A stretch of DNA of 64,000 nucleotides from Acinetobacter phage vB_AbaM_ME3. The stretch is from sequence record KU935715.1; one strand, 5' to 3'. Numbering within the stretch: position 1 is the first letter of the stretch; each line of letters opens with the position of its first letter. Of this stretch, positions 9,168 through 19,042 are shown piece by piece. The notes below the pieces were generated by a model. The model made no database searches and had not been told where the DNA came from. It worked only from the letters and a program-made list of their open reading frames with translations. Position numbers and translations under genes: made by a program.

Positions 9168-9822
9168 TTACATTACTCAGTTTTTCTATTTCATTCATAA
9201 CTCTACTAGGTGGAAGAGTTAGTACTAATTTAAAGTATTTTCTACAAGCTTTTAAAGTTTTAGGATGAATACTAAAATTCAATCTAGAAGCGAACCTATA
9301 GACTCTAAGAATTCTAAGATGATCTTCCAAAACCCTCTCTTCTGCTTTGCCATTAAAACGTATTACCTTATTGTTAAGATCATTCAACCCTTGTTTAGTT
9401 GGATCAAGTAATGTATTAGAAAATGGATCATAGTAGAGAGAATTAATAGTAATATCACGTCTAATAGAATCTGTTTCAATTGTTCCTATTGAAACAGTTT
9501 CAGGTCTTCTTCCGTCTGTATAAGTACCATCTTTACGGAACAAAGCAACTTCATATTGCTTTCCATGTTTAGAAGCAATTAACACTAAGAAAGACTTTCC
9601 AGCTTCATTAATATCCCAACCATTTTCTAGTAAAGATGATTCAATATTATCCAAGTTTCCATCTGTTACTAAATCAAAATCGTTAGGAATATCACCTAAT
9701 AATAAATCTCTAACACAACCACCAACTAAATATGTATTAGTGGAATGATTATTAATAATGAGAAAAAGTTGAAGAAGAGTTAAATCAGAGACAATAGGAC
9801 GAGTATTCATATTATTGACCAA
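9160..9822 (-). CDS. cca: tRNA nucleotidyltransferase (CCA-adding enzyme) / poly(A) polymerase head-domain protein
   Basis: GGCVRDLLLG...DFDLVT nucleotidyltransferase signature (GGxVRD...DxD). TTG start preceded by AGGAA. Confidence 0.75.
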   Translation of the reverse strand: MVNNMNTRPIVSDLTLLQLFLIINNHSTNTYLVGGCVRDLLLGDIPNDFDLVTDGNLDNIESSLLENGWDINEAGKSFLVLIASKHGKQYEVALFRKDGTYTDGRRPETVSIGTIETDSIRRDITINSLYYDPFSNTLLDPTKQGLNDLNNKVIRFNGKAEERVLEDHLRILRVYRFASRLNFSIHPKTLKACRKYFKLVLTLPPSRVMNEIEKLSNVNV

Positions 9823-9891
9823 AAATTCCTAAGAGGGTATTACAAATACATAGTACTACTACAATAATACAGATATACTTTGCTGGCATTC

Positions 9892-10533
9892 TTAAACCTT
9901 TATGAAAAAACGTATAGTGCTATTACCTTGAGGATCTGGAGTCATCCAAAAATCTGCTTTTATATCAGGAAATAACTTAACAATTGCTTCTAAAATAGAT
10001 TTTGCTTTTTGATTACGAGCTTCAATATTTCTTATTTGAGAATCAGATGAAATACGTACATCCCACATGTTATATACATTATTCCAAACTAATTTAATCA
10101 GTCGTTCCGTATCTAAACCATAAAGATGAAATAGACTTACTAATTGATAACGAGTTACTTTTGCAAATTTATCTTCTTCTTGGTAAGTCCAAGGAGTAAC
10201 TGGAGAGAAAAATTGATAATGTTGTTTCTCACTAATACGATAATTACATTTAGATACATCTTTAACTAAAGTTAGTAGATTTTCAATGTCAATTGTATCG
10301 TAGTTAACTCTTTGTCGTAGTACTATTGGTTTAGACCGAACTTGTTCAATTTCAACAATTTTATAATAATTATCAAACATATGATAAAGTTTACATACAA
10401 ATTCAACATCGCCAATAGTAATAACATTAAGTTCAGATGTATTAATTACATATGAAGCTTTAATAATCCAAGTACCATCTTCACATTTAATTACACTTGA
10501 CATGCATTTAGAAGAGTATGAAAGACTACTCAT
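9892..10533 (-). CDS. hypothetical protein (213 aa)
   Basis: ORF-track ORF. Confidence 0.5.
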   Translation of the reverse strand: MSSLSYSSKCMSSVIKCEDGTWIIKASYVINTSELNVITIGDVEFVCKLYHMFDNYYKIVEIEQVRSKPIVLRQRVNYDTIDIENLLTLVKDVSKCNYRISEKQHYQFFSPVTPWTYQEEDKFAKVTRYQLVSLFHLYGLDTERLIKLVWNNVYNMWDVRISSDSQIRNIEARNQKAKSILEAIVKLFPDIKADFWMTPDPQGNSTIRFFIKV

Positions 10534-10852
10534 AAATTGATCCTGACTCTATTACAGTATAGAAGTTAATATACGTATATAAGTTAAAGTTTGGAGGGAA
10601 AGACTTGTAAGAATCAAAAAATTCAGATCCACCATTCCCCTCTACTTTAACTCTAAATTTATTTAACAAAGTATGTAATCTTTTTTCAATAATTGAAACT
10701 TCTTTACGTTTTGCATAAACCCACCAACCACCTGATATCACTTTTCCATGTATACGAGACAATTGTTTAACCCGTTTATCCAGATTCTTTGTAATACCAA
10801 TCTTAGTTAATTCTGGGTATTTTTCAAACATTAAGAAGTATAAAGTATACAT
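10526..10852 (-). CDS. T5orf172 / GIY-YIG-like domain protein
   Basis: YTLYFLMFEKYPELTKIGITKNLDKRVKQL is the typical T5orf172 N-terminal pattern. Confidence 0.5.
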   Translation of the reverse strand: MYTLYFLMFEKYPELTKIGITKNLDKRVKQLSRIHGKVISGGWWVYAKRKEVSIIEKRLHTLLNKFRVKVEGNGGSEFFDSYKSFPPNFNLYTYINFYTVIESGSIYE

Positions 10853-10853
10853 A

Positions 10854-11273
10854 TTAATAACCTAAGTCTTTAAATATTTTTCCTGAATCATAATCTTGAG
10901 CATCAAAATATTGTTTGCACTCTTTATGAAACTCTTTAAAATTTTGAAGAGTAGTATGTATTGGATTAAGTACAGTAAGAAGAGAAAGAACTGTTTGAAA
11001 TTTAATTGTTTTAAAATTTAAAAGAGAGAGAAGTTGATTCACTTTCTTAAGGTCTTTCTCTTCACCATTCATTAAATCTTCAACAAACAGAATAATTAAA
11101 TATATTACTTGATCAGTTGTATATACTTCTTCTAATTGATTTAAAAGTGATGATCTTTTTCTTACAGATTTATTATCGTAATACAGTGAGTCCATATACA
11201 TAGCTTCACTGTACGTTAACTCTATAGGAATATGAGAAAATTTACTCATACAGTTACTCACTATCTGAAACAA
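10854..11273 (-). CDS. hypothetical protein (139 aa)
   Basis: ORF-track ORF. Confidence 0.5.
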   Translation of the reverse strand: MFQIVSNCMSKFSHIPIELTYSEAMYMDSLYYDNKSVRKRSSLLNQLEEVYTTDQVIYLIILFVEDLMNGEEKDLKKVNQLLSLLNFKTIKFQTVLSLLTVLNPIHTTLQNFKEFHKECKQYFDAQDYDSGKIFKDLGY

Positions 11274-11448
11274 TACCTATTAAAAATTCTATAGGAATTT
11301 GTTCAATGGTTTTTGAACGATTTTTTAAAACTACTAAAGCTTTTTCTTGATTAGCTGTTATAAGCAAACCTTGTAAACCCTTATGTAAGCCATTATAAGG
11401 ACGAACTAAAGCAACTAATTGATGCCCATAAATATCTTTTAATTTCAT
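11254..11448 (-). CDS. hypothetical protein (64 aa)
   Basis: ORF-track ORF. Confidence 0.4.
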   Translation of the reverse strand: MKLKDIYGHQLVALVRPYNGLHKGLQGLLITANQEKALVVLKNRSKTIEQIPIEFLIGIVSDSE

Positions 11449-11663
11449 TTAATAGATTGATACCACTTAGCTATTTTACCAGTGTGCCATAAATAATAAA
11501 TGATTAAAGATAGAATGCCTGCACCACATAAAGTACAAATCATTCCTACAGTAACAACACTATACAATAAATATGTATGTTCTTGAGATACTGGGGCTTT
11601 CTTATCAGCAAGAATAAATCCAATTGAAAGTAAGCTTACAACAAGAAGAAATAATATAAACAT
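11445..11663 (-). CDS. small membrane protein (72 aa)
   Basis: Two hydrophobic segments. Confidence 0.5.
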   Translation of the reverse strand: MFILFLLVVSLLSIGFILADKKAPVSQEHTYLLYSVVTVGMICTLCGAGILSLIIYYLWHTGKIAKWYQSIK

Positions 11664-12010
11664 TATTCAACTCCTTTAAATATTTTAAAACTATCTAGAA
11701 TTAACAAAGATTCTGAAGGAATACTAAATTCAGTAAACTCAATTCGATTTTCTTTGAAATATTCATAAGTGGACATGAAATTGTTTAAGACAATCCAAGC
11801 AGAGTAAAAACTATCTGCACTTCCAAAATGATCAACATAATGCTGAAAGTAATGAAAGAAAAACTTATTATCATCAACAGTTAATGGAAGCTTTAAAGTA
11901 TTTAAAGGTACTTGAAGATTGTTTAAAGATTCGTATAAAGACGTATAGACATCAATAAGTTGTCTATACGTCTTATCTACGACTAATACACTTAAAGTGA
12001 CATTAATCAT
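11663..12010 (-). CDS. hypothetical protein (115 aa)
   Basis: ORF-track ORF. Confidence 0.5.
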   Translation of the reverse strand: MINVTLSVLVVDKTYRQLIDVYTSLYESLNNLQVPLNTLKLPLTVDDNKFFFHYFQHYVDHFGSADSFYSAWIVLNNFMSTYEYFKENRIEFTEFSIPSESLLILDSFKIFKGVE

Positions 12011-12506
12011 CTACAGCCTTTTTCTTTTTACACTTACCTGTAAAGTTATTAAGCTTACTATCATGAACATATTCAAGTGCAACTTCACCACCTTTATGTA
12101 CAAAGGTAGCAACTTTACGGAATGGAGCTACTTTTTCAAACTTCTTGATACGTGCGTAAGCTTTAGCAGCTGAACGAGTAACAGGAATTGGTTGAGAATA
12201 AGTATTAGCTACTTGTGAAAAATGTTCTACAGATTTAATAACAATTACTTGACCTTTACTATTTAAGTAAGGAACAAAAGTCATTGCATTACGTAACGAC
12301 TCTTTAACCCAGCCAAGTTTTGCTACAGGTTTAGTACGAATTTTACGAGAAGCAACACCAGCTAATGCTGTTACTGCTTGTTGATCGTTAGGGTGAGCCT
12401 TAAGATGCTTGGCTAATTTACGCTTAGCATTCTTAGAGAAATTACCTTTCATTGCATATGAAGTAAATTTTGCTTTACGGCCAGCACCAGGCTTAAGTTT
12501 AGACAT
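12003..12506 (-). CDS. highly basic Lys/Ala-rich protein (possible nucleic-acid-binding protein)
   Basis: 167 aa with high Lys/Arg/Ala content (MSKLKPGAGRKAKF...KCKKKKAVDD). Confidence 0.45.
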   Translation of the reverse strand: MSKLKPGAGRKAKFTSYAMKGNFSKNAKRKLAKHLKAHPNDQQAVTALAGVASRKIRTKPVAKLGWVKESLRNAMTFVPYLNSKGQVIVIKSVEHFSQVANTYSQPIPVTRSAAKAYARIKKFEKVAPFRKVATFVHKGGEVALEYVHDSKLNNFTGKCKKKKAVDD

Positions 12507-12667
12507 TTCTTTAATCCTTTTTTGGAAATTAATTGAAATAAAAAGAGAAATACACAGAGAAGTTTTAATTAGTCTTCAGAATTATCAATCACAATTGAAG
12601 CATAGTAATCTAAGCGACTATTGATCTCACTAATACTTTGAGCTAATACAGTTAATTTAAACATTAG

Positions 12668-13069
12668 TTATCCTTTAATAACACTTGTCATTTTTACATT
12701 TAATTCTACTTCAACCACATCATGATTTTCATAATAATGTACTAGTTGACGTAGAACAGGTTCAGGGATTGTTTCAAATACTCGTTCCTTAAATGTAGGA
12801 ACTTGAGGAGTATATGTTTGATCTTTTGTTTTAGGAATTTCTTTAATAGGTGTCTTAGTTTTCTTAGCAAAAACATCTTTTGAAGAAAGCAACTCTTTAG
12901 TCAATGGAACAATTCCATTGATATGATCTTTATAACGTTCCCAGCGACCTTTATTATAAAGTTCATAACTATCTTTTTCTCTTTGACGAAAAATAGTTAC
13001 AGTGTTCTTCTTTTGATTAAAGCGAACATGTGTAGAAGTCTCAGGAATAAATGTGTTACTTAAATTCAT
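12668..13069 (-). CDS. hypothetical protein (133 aa)
   Basis: ORF-track ORF directly downstream of the vWA gene. Confidence 0.5.
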   Translation of the reverse strand: MNLSNTFIPETSTHVRFNQKKNTVTIFRQREKDSYELYNKGRWERYKDHINGIVPLTKELLSSKDVFAKKTKTPIKEIPKTKDQTYTPQVPTFKERVFETIPEPVLRQLVHYYENHDVVEVELNVKMTSVIKG

Positions 13070-13076
13070 TTTAGAA

Positions 13077-14522
13077 TTACTCTTTAACTAATGCATAACG
13101 ATCTACTAATAGCGTTTCTTTCATAATAGCTTCAGGTGAAAACTCATCTAAAGTATTAGAACAAACTGCTTTTAATAGAGAAGGAGAAAAGCTAGATAAT
13201 AAACAAGCACCTGATTCATCATATTTAACAGGAAAGTTATTATTAGAAGGAGTGTTAAGAACCCAAAAGATTAATTTAGGACATTTTAATCCTGCTTCTT
13301 TAAACTTAACTTGAGCATCAACATATGCTGAGCTTTCACGAGAATTAAAATTAAACTGAGTGTCACTGAAGAAAACTAAATATTCAGGTAATTGATCTGA
13401 AGAAATATTATTAGAAACTACTAGATCTAATAGTAGTTTAAAGACACCTTCAACATTTGTACTATAACCAACTTGACTTTGAGCAATAAGATCATAACGC
13501 TCTTTTAAAGTTTTACAATCTTTGAGATCAACAAAAGAAGGATGATCTGCAAATGTAGTTACAAGGTTTTTAAATGGACCTTCAATACGTTCACTGATGT
13601 AAGCACCTAAAGTAATTGCAATATGTTTATATGTTGCATTACCTACAGCAGGAGCTTCCATTGAACCACTTAAATCAACTACAGGAAGAATCGATAAACC
13701 TTCTTTAATTAAATTAGGAAAGCTATTCCACTGAGCTTCTACAACAGGATTAGGTTCGAAATAAGGAGAATAACGAGACCCTAATATTGAATAAACTTCA
13801 GAAATTTCATGAAGAAATAATGTAGACGAATTTAAAGTTGCAGTTCCCTCACTCACTTTATTAATAAAATCATTAAAACGATCTGAGTCTTTAGACAAGA
13901 ATGTATTTTTATAACGATTAAAAGCTTTAGAAGGAACTGTACTATAATCTATTTCAGCGATACGATGCTCACACAATAAACGTTCAGTAACTTTAGCTCG
14001 TAAAGGGACAATTAACTGTCTTAATTCTTTAGGAGTGACCTTAAGATAAGAACGTAACATAGATGCAACATTGCCTTTCAAAGGTAACCACTTTGCAACT
14101 AATATCTGAGTTTCAGGATTTTTCAAATGTTCAGCTAATAGTCGAATAATCTTTTTCTTAATACGAAGATCAACATCACATTCTACTAAATTAAATAAAT
14201 CAGGATAATACCCTAACTCTACAATTTTAGATAAAAGATTAGTTTTTAAAAATACATCAATATCTATATGAGCTAAATGAATCATACAGAGATTAAATGA
14301 ATTACGAATACCTTTACCTTGTCTAATATCACGAGAATTCAAAAGATTACGAATTGCTAAATCTTTGTCTTCTAGATAAGCTTTTCGAAAATCTAAAATA
14401 GCTTCTTGAGAATAGTTAGGATCACCTAATTTAACAAAGAAATCTAAATTATGAGAAGCAGTACTAGAATAAGCTACTGCCCCATTAGTGGTTTGTGTTT
14501 TTAAAGCTGTTGCTGCAAACAT
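13077..14522 (-). CDS. vWA (MIDAS) domain protein with Ro60/TROVE-like architecture (possibly DUF2828-type)
   Basis: C-terminal vWA with MIDAS: VVDLSGSM ... GYSTNVEGVF ... LVFFSDTQ. A ~280-aa helical N-terminal region precedes the vWA domain, as in Ro60/Rsr. The TROVE assignment is inference. Confidence 0.5.
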   Translation of the reverse strand: MFAATALKTQTTNGAVAYSSTASHNLDFFVKLGDPNYSQEAILDFRKAYLEDKDLAIRNLLNSRDIRQGKGIRNSFNLCMIHLAHIDIDVFLKTNLLSKIVELGYYPDLFNLVECDVDLRIKKKIIRLLAEHLKNPETQILVAKWLPLKGNVASMLRSYLKVTPKELRQLIVPLRAKVTERLLCEHRIAEIDYSTVPSKAFNRYKNTFLSKDSDRFNDFINKVSEGTATLNSSTLFLHEISEVYSILGSRYSPYFEPNPVVEAQWNSFPNLIKEGLSILPVVDLSGSMEAPAVGNATYKHIAITLGAYISERIEGPFKNLVTTFADHPSFVDLKDCKTLKERYDLIAQSQVGYSTNVEGVFKLLLDLVVSNNISSDQLPEYLVFFSDTQFNFNSRESSAYVDAQVKFKEAGLKCPKLIFWVLNTPSNNNFPVKYDESGACLLSSFSPSLLKAVCSNTLDEFSPEAIMKETLLVDRYALVKE

Positions 14523-14537
14523 TATGTTATTACCTAA

Positions 14538-14978
14538 TTATCGAATACGTTTATGAAAAGATATAAAATCAGGATCATCTATAAAACGTTTAAACATTTT
14601 TAGATTATATTCTGAAAAAGGAGAAGAGGAAGGGTTGGTTAATTGTTCAGGAGTTACATACTCTACCTTAGCTCCTTCTTTATTCACAAAAGGAAGTTTT
14701 GGTAAGTCTTTAACAACACCATCATATACATAAGTTAATGTATCATACTCACCATCCCAATCTTGGAATAGAAACATTAATTTTGTAGGATCTAACTCAA
14801 TACCTACTTCTTCACGAACTTCACGAACAAGTCCTTGAATTAATGTTTCTTCTTCCTCTGCCTTACCACCTGGAAGTCCTAATAAATTATGATTGTCTTT
14901 ACGTGATACTGATAACACCTTAGAACCAGTTTCTGGATCAGGGTAGAGTAAGAGTATAGCTTGTTTTAAATCTTTCAT
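14538..14978 (-). CDS. Nudix hydrolase
   Basis: Nudix box GLPGGKAEEEETLIQGLVREVREEVGI (Gx5Ex7REUxEExGU). Confidence 0.8.
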   Translation of the reverse strand: MKDLKQAILLLYPDPETGSKVLSVSRKDNHNLLGLPGGKAEEEETLIQGLVREVREEVGIELDPTKLMFLFQDWDGEYDTLTYVYDGVVKDLPKLPFVNKEGAKVEYVTPEQLTNPSSSPFSEYNLKMFKRFIDDPDFISFHKRIR

Positions 14979-14996
14979 TACGAGCTTCCTATAAGC

Positions 14997-16097
14997 TTAG
15001 AGAGCATATGCTGATTGGTTTGTTAAAAAACTTTTATACATTGGTTGAATAAGGAATTTAAGTCCTTGATGAATAATTGTAATTTCACGTGTCATTGGAT
15101 TTTGACTAATTTCACTATTCATGTGAGTAATATATACATCAAATGCTTGATCACCTAATTCTTCATCAGTTGAGTATGGGTTCCATTCATTACGATGTTT
15201 ATTTAAAAACTCTAATAAACATGAAGAATTAGCTACAAAATCAGCAGGATCATATTCAGAATTAGTATTAAGATTAAACGCTCGAATATTAAATTCAATA
15301 GTGTCATTATTCAATTGAGTTTTAATATTAAGAATTTCAGTTAAACTTGCAATTGACTCTTCAGGATACTGATTCATTTCTTTAATTAATACAGATAACA
15401 TATCAATATTAAATTTAGAGAACTTTCCTACAAATTCCAATACTTCACTAGTACGTGATTGATCTTCTAAGTTATCTTTCATGTACTCTTTAAGTAGTTC
15501 AATATCTAATGATTTGAACTCAATATTAAAATAAACACGACCAGGACGATTGCTAAAGTACTCTAAATGGTGACCATATAAAGTTGTATTAGCAGTCATT
15601 AAGAATAAAGTATGTTGAGGCCATGTACCATCTAATAAGCTTAACATAGAATTACGAGGTTCAGCTTCCATGTATACTTTTTCAAATTCATCAATCACTA
15701 CAATTTTATCTTGAGTAATACTTTGAAGGAATTGATTAAATGTAGAACCAGCATAAGGTTGATCAACAATTAAGACAATTCCTTGATGAGATTCTACAAA
15801 GTTAATACAAATACGTTTAAGTAATAAGCTCTTACCACTTCCTTTTTCACCTACAAAGGCAGCAGATGTAGCTTTGTCTTGACGTTCAAAGTATGTATCT
15901 AAGATACGACCAGCCCAACGATCTGATTTTCCATATACTTTATGGTAAATAGTAAAAGGATTTGTAGGGCTTAAGAAGAATTGTTTAACTTGGTCATCCC
16001 ATTGAACAGAATAATAACCAGCTGGAATAACAGGTACAATAAACTTTGCTAGATTTTCAGCAACATAATAACCATTAGGTTTATTTAAATAAGACAT
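14997..16097 (-). CDS. P-loop NTPase (Walker A GEKGSGKS, Walker B IVVIDEFE)
   Basis: Both motifs read directly. Confidence 0.55.
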   Translation of the reverse strand: MSYLNKPNGYYVAENLAKFIVPVIPAGYYSVQWDDQVKQFFLSPTNPFTIYHKVYGKSDRWAGRILDTYFERQDKATSAAFVGEKGSGKSLLLKRICINFVESHQGIVLIVDQPYAGSTFNQFLQSITQDKIVVIDEFEKVYMEAEPRNSMLSLLDGTWPQHTLFLMTANTTLYGHHLEYFSNRPGRVYFNIEFKSLDIELLKEYMKDNLEDQSRTSEVLEFVGKFSKFNIDMLSVLIKEMNQYPEESIASLTEILNIKTQLNNDTIEFNIRAFNLNTNSEYDPADFVANSSCLLEFLNKHRNEWNPYSTDEELGDQAFDVYITHMNSEISQNPMTREITIIHQGLKFLIQPMYKSFLTNQSAYAL

Positions 16098-16597
16098 TAT
16101 AAAAGTCCTTGTCTGATTTCATTTCGAATTTGCATTAATACTTCACCAAGAAGATTACGACCATTCCATTGAGAAGGATCTGTAGCTCTTGGATCATCTT
16201 CTTCTAAACCAACGCCCCAAATCTTATCATTAGGATTACATTCAACTAAGGTTAGTTCTTTAGTTGCTAATAAGTAGTCACGATACTTAGGAATAGTATA
16301 TTTTTGACGATTAATTTCTAGCATATAGTTATAACGAACTTGTTCCCAAGATGCATCATTATAATTAGATACTTTACGACCGAGTTGCTTAGCTTGGATT
16401 GGCTGTAACTGAGTATTTTCTAAAAGCTTCATTGTAGCTTTATCATTAAAATGAAGAGCTTTAGCATACATAAAAGCATTTTCTGTATATAAAAATGTAA
16501 CACCTTTATATTCAAAACCAGCAAAAGCAAAATTACTAAATGGGCCTCTTAAAAAGAGTAAGTAATTATCTTTAATTGTACATTGAGGAATATTCAT
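16097..16597 (-). CDS. NADAR / YbiA-like (DUF1768) domain protein
   Basis: FLRGPFSNFAFAGF...AFMYAKA...DKIWGVGL matches the NADAR family signature. Confidence 0.6.
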   Translation of the reverse strand: MNIPQCTIKDNYLLFLRGPFSNFAFAGFEYKGVTFLYTENAFMYAKALHFNDKATMKLLENTQLQPIQAKQLGRKVSNYNDASWEQVRYNYMLEINRQKYTIPKYRDYLLATKELTLVECNPNDKIWGVGLEEDDPRATDPSQWNGRNLLGEVLMQIRNEIRQGLL

Positions 16598-16971
16598 TAC
16601 ATTATCCTAGGATTAATAATTTGAAGATATACAGCATTTTTATTAGGACCATTACTAAACTTAAAGTAAGAGTCAGAATTGGGTAAGAGCATTATTAAAT
16701 CATTGTAAACTTGCTTAGTGAAAATAAAAGTAATACCTTCATTTTCAATTAAGATGTTTTCAAAGTTACTGGGATCTTTACTCCCAAAAGCTAGTGCAAA
16801 AAGATCAGAATAACCAATTTGAGGAATAAAAGTAACAACTTCTAATTCAGGAGCTTTCCTATAAACTGAGAAGAAATTTTTCCACATTCGAAGTGTATTC
16901 TGATGAATATTTCCAGGATGTATTCGAATCTCAGGTACATAAAATTTATTTAACTTTGGCATGTTAAGCAT
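16597..16971 (-). CDS. hypothetical protein (124 aa)
   Basis: ORF-track ORF. Confidence 0.5.
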   Translation of the reverse strand: MLNMPKLNKFYVPEIRIHPGNIHQNTLRMWKNFFSVYRKAPELEVVTFIPQIGYSDLFALAFGSKDPSNFENILIENEGITFIFTKQVYNDLIMLLPNSDSYFKFSNGPNKNAVYLQIINPRIM

Positions 16972-17242
16972 TAACTGTTAATTCAAATGTAATCACACTT
17001 GGTTCTGATAAAAATATTAAGCCTGTAGCATTTGAAGTTAATATAAAATATGAATCAGCTCTTGATAACTTATTATTTATATTCTCACGCATAGTGGCAC
17101 TGAATCCAAATACTAACCCATTGGACTCAATAAAGAGCATATCTTGAGATGTATAATGTTCTTTATCTCTAGGTAATACTCTTACTATGTATAATCCTTG
17201 TACGAATATGTTCGATATCATATACATAGAGAAAATCAACAT
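16964..17242 (-). CDS. hypothetical protein (92 aa)
   Basis: ORF-track ORF. Confidence 0.45.
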   Translation of the reverse strand: MLIFSMYMISNIFVQGLYIVRVLPRDKEHYTSQDMLFIESNGLVFGFSATMRENINNKLSRADSYFILTSNATGLIFLSEPSVITFELTVNA

Positions 17243-17344
17243 TATCTCTAGAATTTAAAAAAGTTCTATACGAATCTGCTGTTTCCTGAATGATATGTCC
17301 ACCTACAATATTACATGGACTTACATTAAATTTTAAAAGGGGTT

Positions 17345-17686
17345 TCATCTTTCTTTAAACTCAAATCTGGAGTTTTGAGAATTATAATCCAGAACAAAAT
17401 CTAGTCCTCTAAATTTAGAAAATATTGACTGAATTACATAGAATACATTGTTATCAATATAGAAGGACTTCAGATTAGTTTTAAATATAATCTTTAATGA
17501 ATTTTCAGTTGGTATATAAACAGGTGAAACTAATACAGATTGATTTGAAAGCTGAGATATTAAAAATTTAGAAACACCAGCTTCTCTATAAAGGGCTAAA
17601 GCTGCTTTAGCTGAATCAGATATATATAGTGAGTACTGAGATAAGTCAACAAATTGATTAAGTTTATTCATGAGGTTTGCAATCAA
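17345..17686 (-). CDS. paralog family A member (KL-x-KF leader; probable start at internal Met, MNKLNQF, ~17671)
   Basis: Shares the N-terminal leader with neighbouring ORFs. Confidence 0.5.
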   Translation of the reverse strand: MIANLMNKLNQFVDLSQYSLYISDSAKAALALYREAGVSKFLISQLSNQSVLVSPVYIPTENSLKIIFKTNLKSFYIDNNVFYVIQSIFSKFRGLDFVLDYNSQNSRFEFKER

Positions 17687-18011
17687 TAATTTTATAAGGT
17701 TCTTTAAAATCTATTAAAGGTAATAATCCATATCTAATGCTTTTAGGTCCAAATACATAATCTGTTTCAAATGATTTACGCATAACTTGACCATCTATAT
17801 AAATAATGCATTGATTGATTTTAAACCATACAGAATCTTTTAAATCATATTTTGAAGGAGGAACTCGATAGAATCCTAAACAATCCTCAGCGTATGTACT
17901 ATCACTAATATAGACACTTTTATAGATATCCTTTATTTTTAATAATCTACTATACATATCTAAACACATTCGTATAGAATGATTTATCTTAAACCGAGAT
18001 AAAGTGTTCAT
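17664..18011 (-). CDS. paralog family A member (MNTLSRFKINHS...)
   Basis: Leader motif. ~115 aa. Tandem arrangement. Confidence 0.5.
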   Translation of the reverse strand: MNTLSRFKINHSIRMCLDMYSRLLKIKDIYKSVYISDSTYAEDCLGFYRVPPSKYDLKDSVWFKINQCIIYIDGQVMRKSFETDYVFGPKSIRYGLLPLIDFKEPYKIIDCKPHE

Positions 18012-18013
18012 AA

Positions 18014-18355
18014 TTATAAGACCTCAACGTCAATATATGCTGATGATGGGTTATCAATCATACGAAATGAATAACTAGCAAAAGAGTCTCTAAGCATAAC
18101 ATGCCCAGAGATAAAGAAATCAGTTAAGTCCCCACTAATTGAAACAATTTGTTGATTACTCAATCGTATTTTTATCTCATTATATGATTCATATAAGGCA
18201 GGTTTGATTCCACCTAAATGTACCTGATCGATCCCTTTTGAATAACGAGCAATATGTAGATGACCAAATTTTCCTGTATACTTAATAAGCTCCTCTACAC
18301 AACTTGAGTGTACTTTTATAGTAGTTAATTTTTTAAATTTAAGAAGAGTTGCCAT
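18014..18355 (-). CDS. paralog family A member (MATLLKFKKLTTIKV...; internal ISGDLTDFF motif)
   Basis: Leader plus central SGD(I/L)xxLL-like motif. Confidence 0.55.
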   Translation of the reverse strand: MATLLKFKKLTTIKVHSSCVEELIKYTGKFGHLHIARYSKGIDQVHLGGIKPALYESYNEIKIRLSNQQIVSISGDLTDFFISGHVMLRDSFASYSFRMIDNPSSAYIDVEVL

Positions 18356-18702
18356 TAAATCACATCCACTGGTAAATACTCATTATTTATATTAAAAGGA
18401 ACAGCACAATAAGACAACAATGAACTTCCAAGTTGTTTCTCTAAACAAAAACCATTTGATAGTAAATGAGCTATATCACCACTTATATAAATAGGACAAT
18501 TAATACCTATTCTAATTGCAAAAGAGCCTTCATCAATAAACTGTTTTGGTTTTATTGTCTGCAACAGATTTGCTGAAATATGTTCACTAATTTTGCTAAT
18601 ATATAATCTCATTTGGTATTTAGAATAAATTCGTAAATCATTAAAACAATCTTGACTTAATTTTATAGTTGTTGGAAGTTTAAATTTATTCAATTTTTGC
18701 AT
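18355..18702 (-). CDS. paralog family A member (MQKLNKFKLPTTIKL...; YISGDIAHLLSNG)
   Basis: Leader plus SGD motif. Confidence 0.55.
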   Translation of the reverse strand: MQKLNKFKLPTTIKLSQDCFNDLRIYSKYQMRLYISKISEHISANLLQTIKPKQFIDEGSFAIRIGINCPIYISGDIAHLLSNGFCLEKQLGSSLLSYCAVPFNINNEYLPVDVI

Positions 18703-18718
18703 ATTAATCCTTTATATA

Positions 18719-19042
18719 TTAAGTAATCACTTCATCTAATGTTTTATAAAGGATATTTGATTCTTCTTTTTTACAAAATAATCCTTCTCCAGGAATTCGA
18801 TAAATTACCTTTTGAAGATCATAGTCTTTCTCAACTAAAATAGTAAGATAACCGTCACTATATATATTCATATTATTAATAACAGATTGAGCACAATGAC
18901 GTTTATAATAAACATGAAGTCGTGATCTACGTGTAGTATCTAAAGTTAATACAATAGAATCATTAACTCCTGATAATAATTCATATAGTTCATATTCTAA
19001 TTTTAAACCTTGAAAAGACTTAAACTTTTGTAAACTATTCAT
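18719..19042 (-). CDS. paralog family A member (MNSLQKFKSFQGLKL...)
   Basis: Leader motif. Confidence 0.5.
   Translation of the reverse strand: MNSLQKFKSFQGLKLEYELYELLSGVNDSIVLTLDTTRRSRLHVYYKRHCAQSVINNMNIYSDGYLTILVEKDYDLQKVIYRIPGEGLFCKKEESNILYKTLDEVIT

Noticed and set aside
12409-12624. Plus-strand ORF (71 aa)
   Set aside because: Antisense overlap with the 5' end of the basic-protein gene. No RBS.
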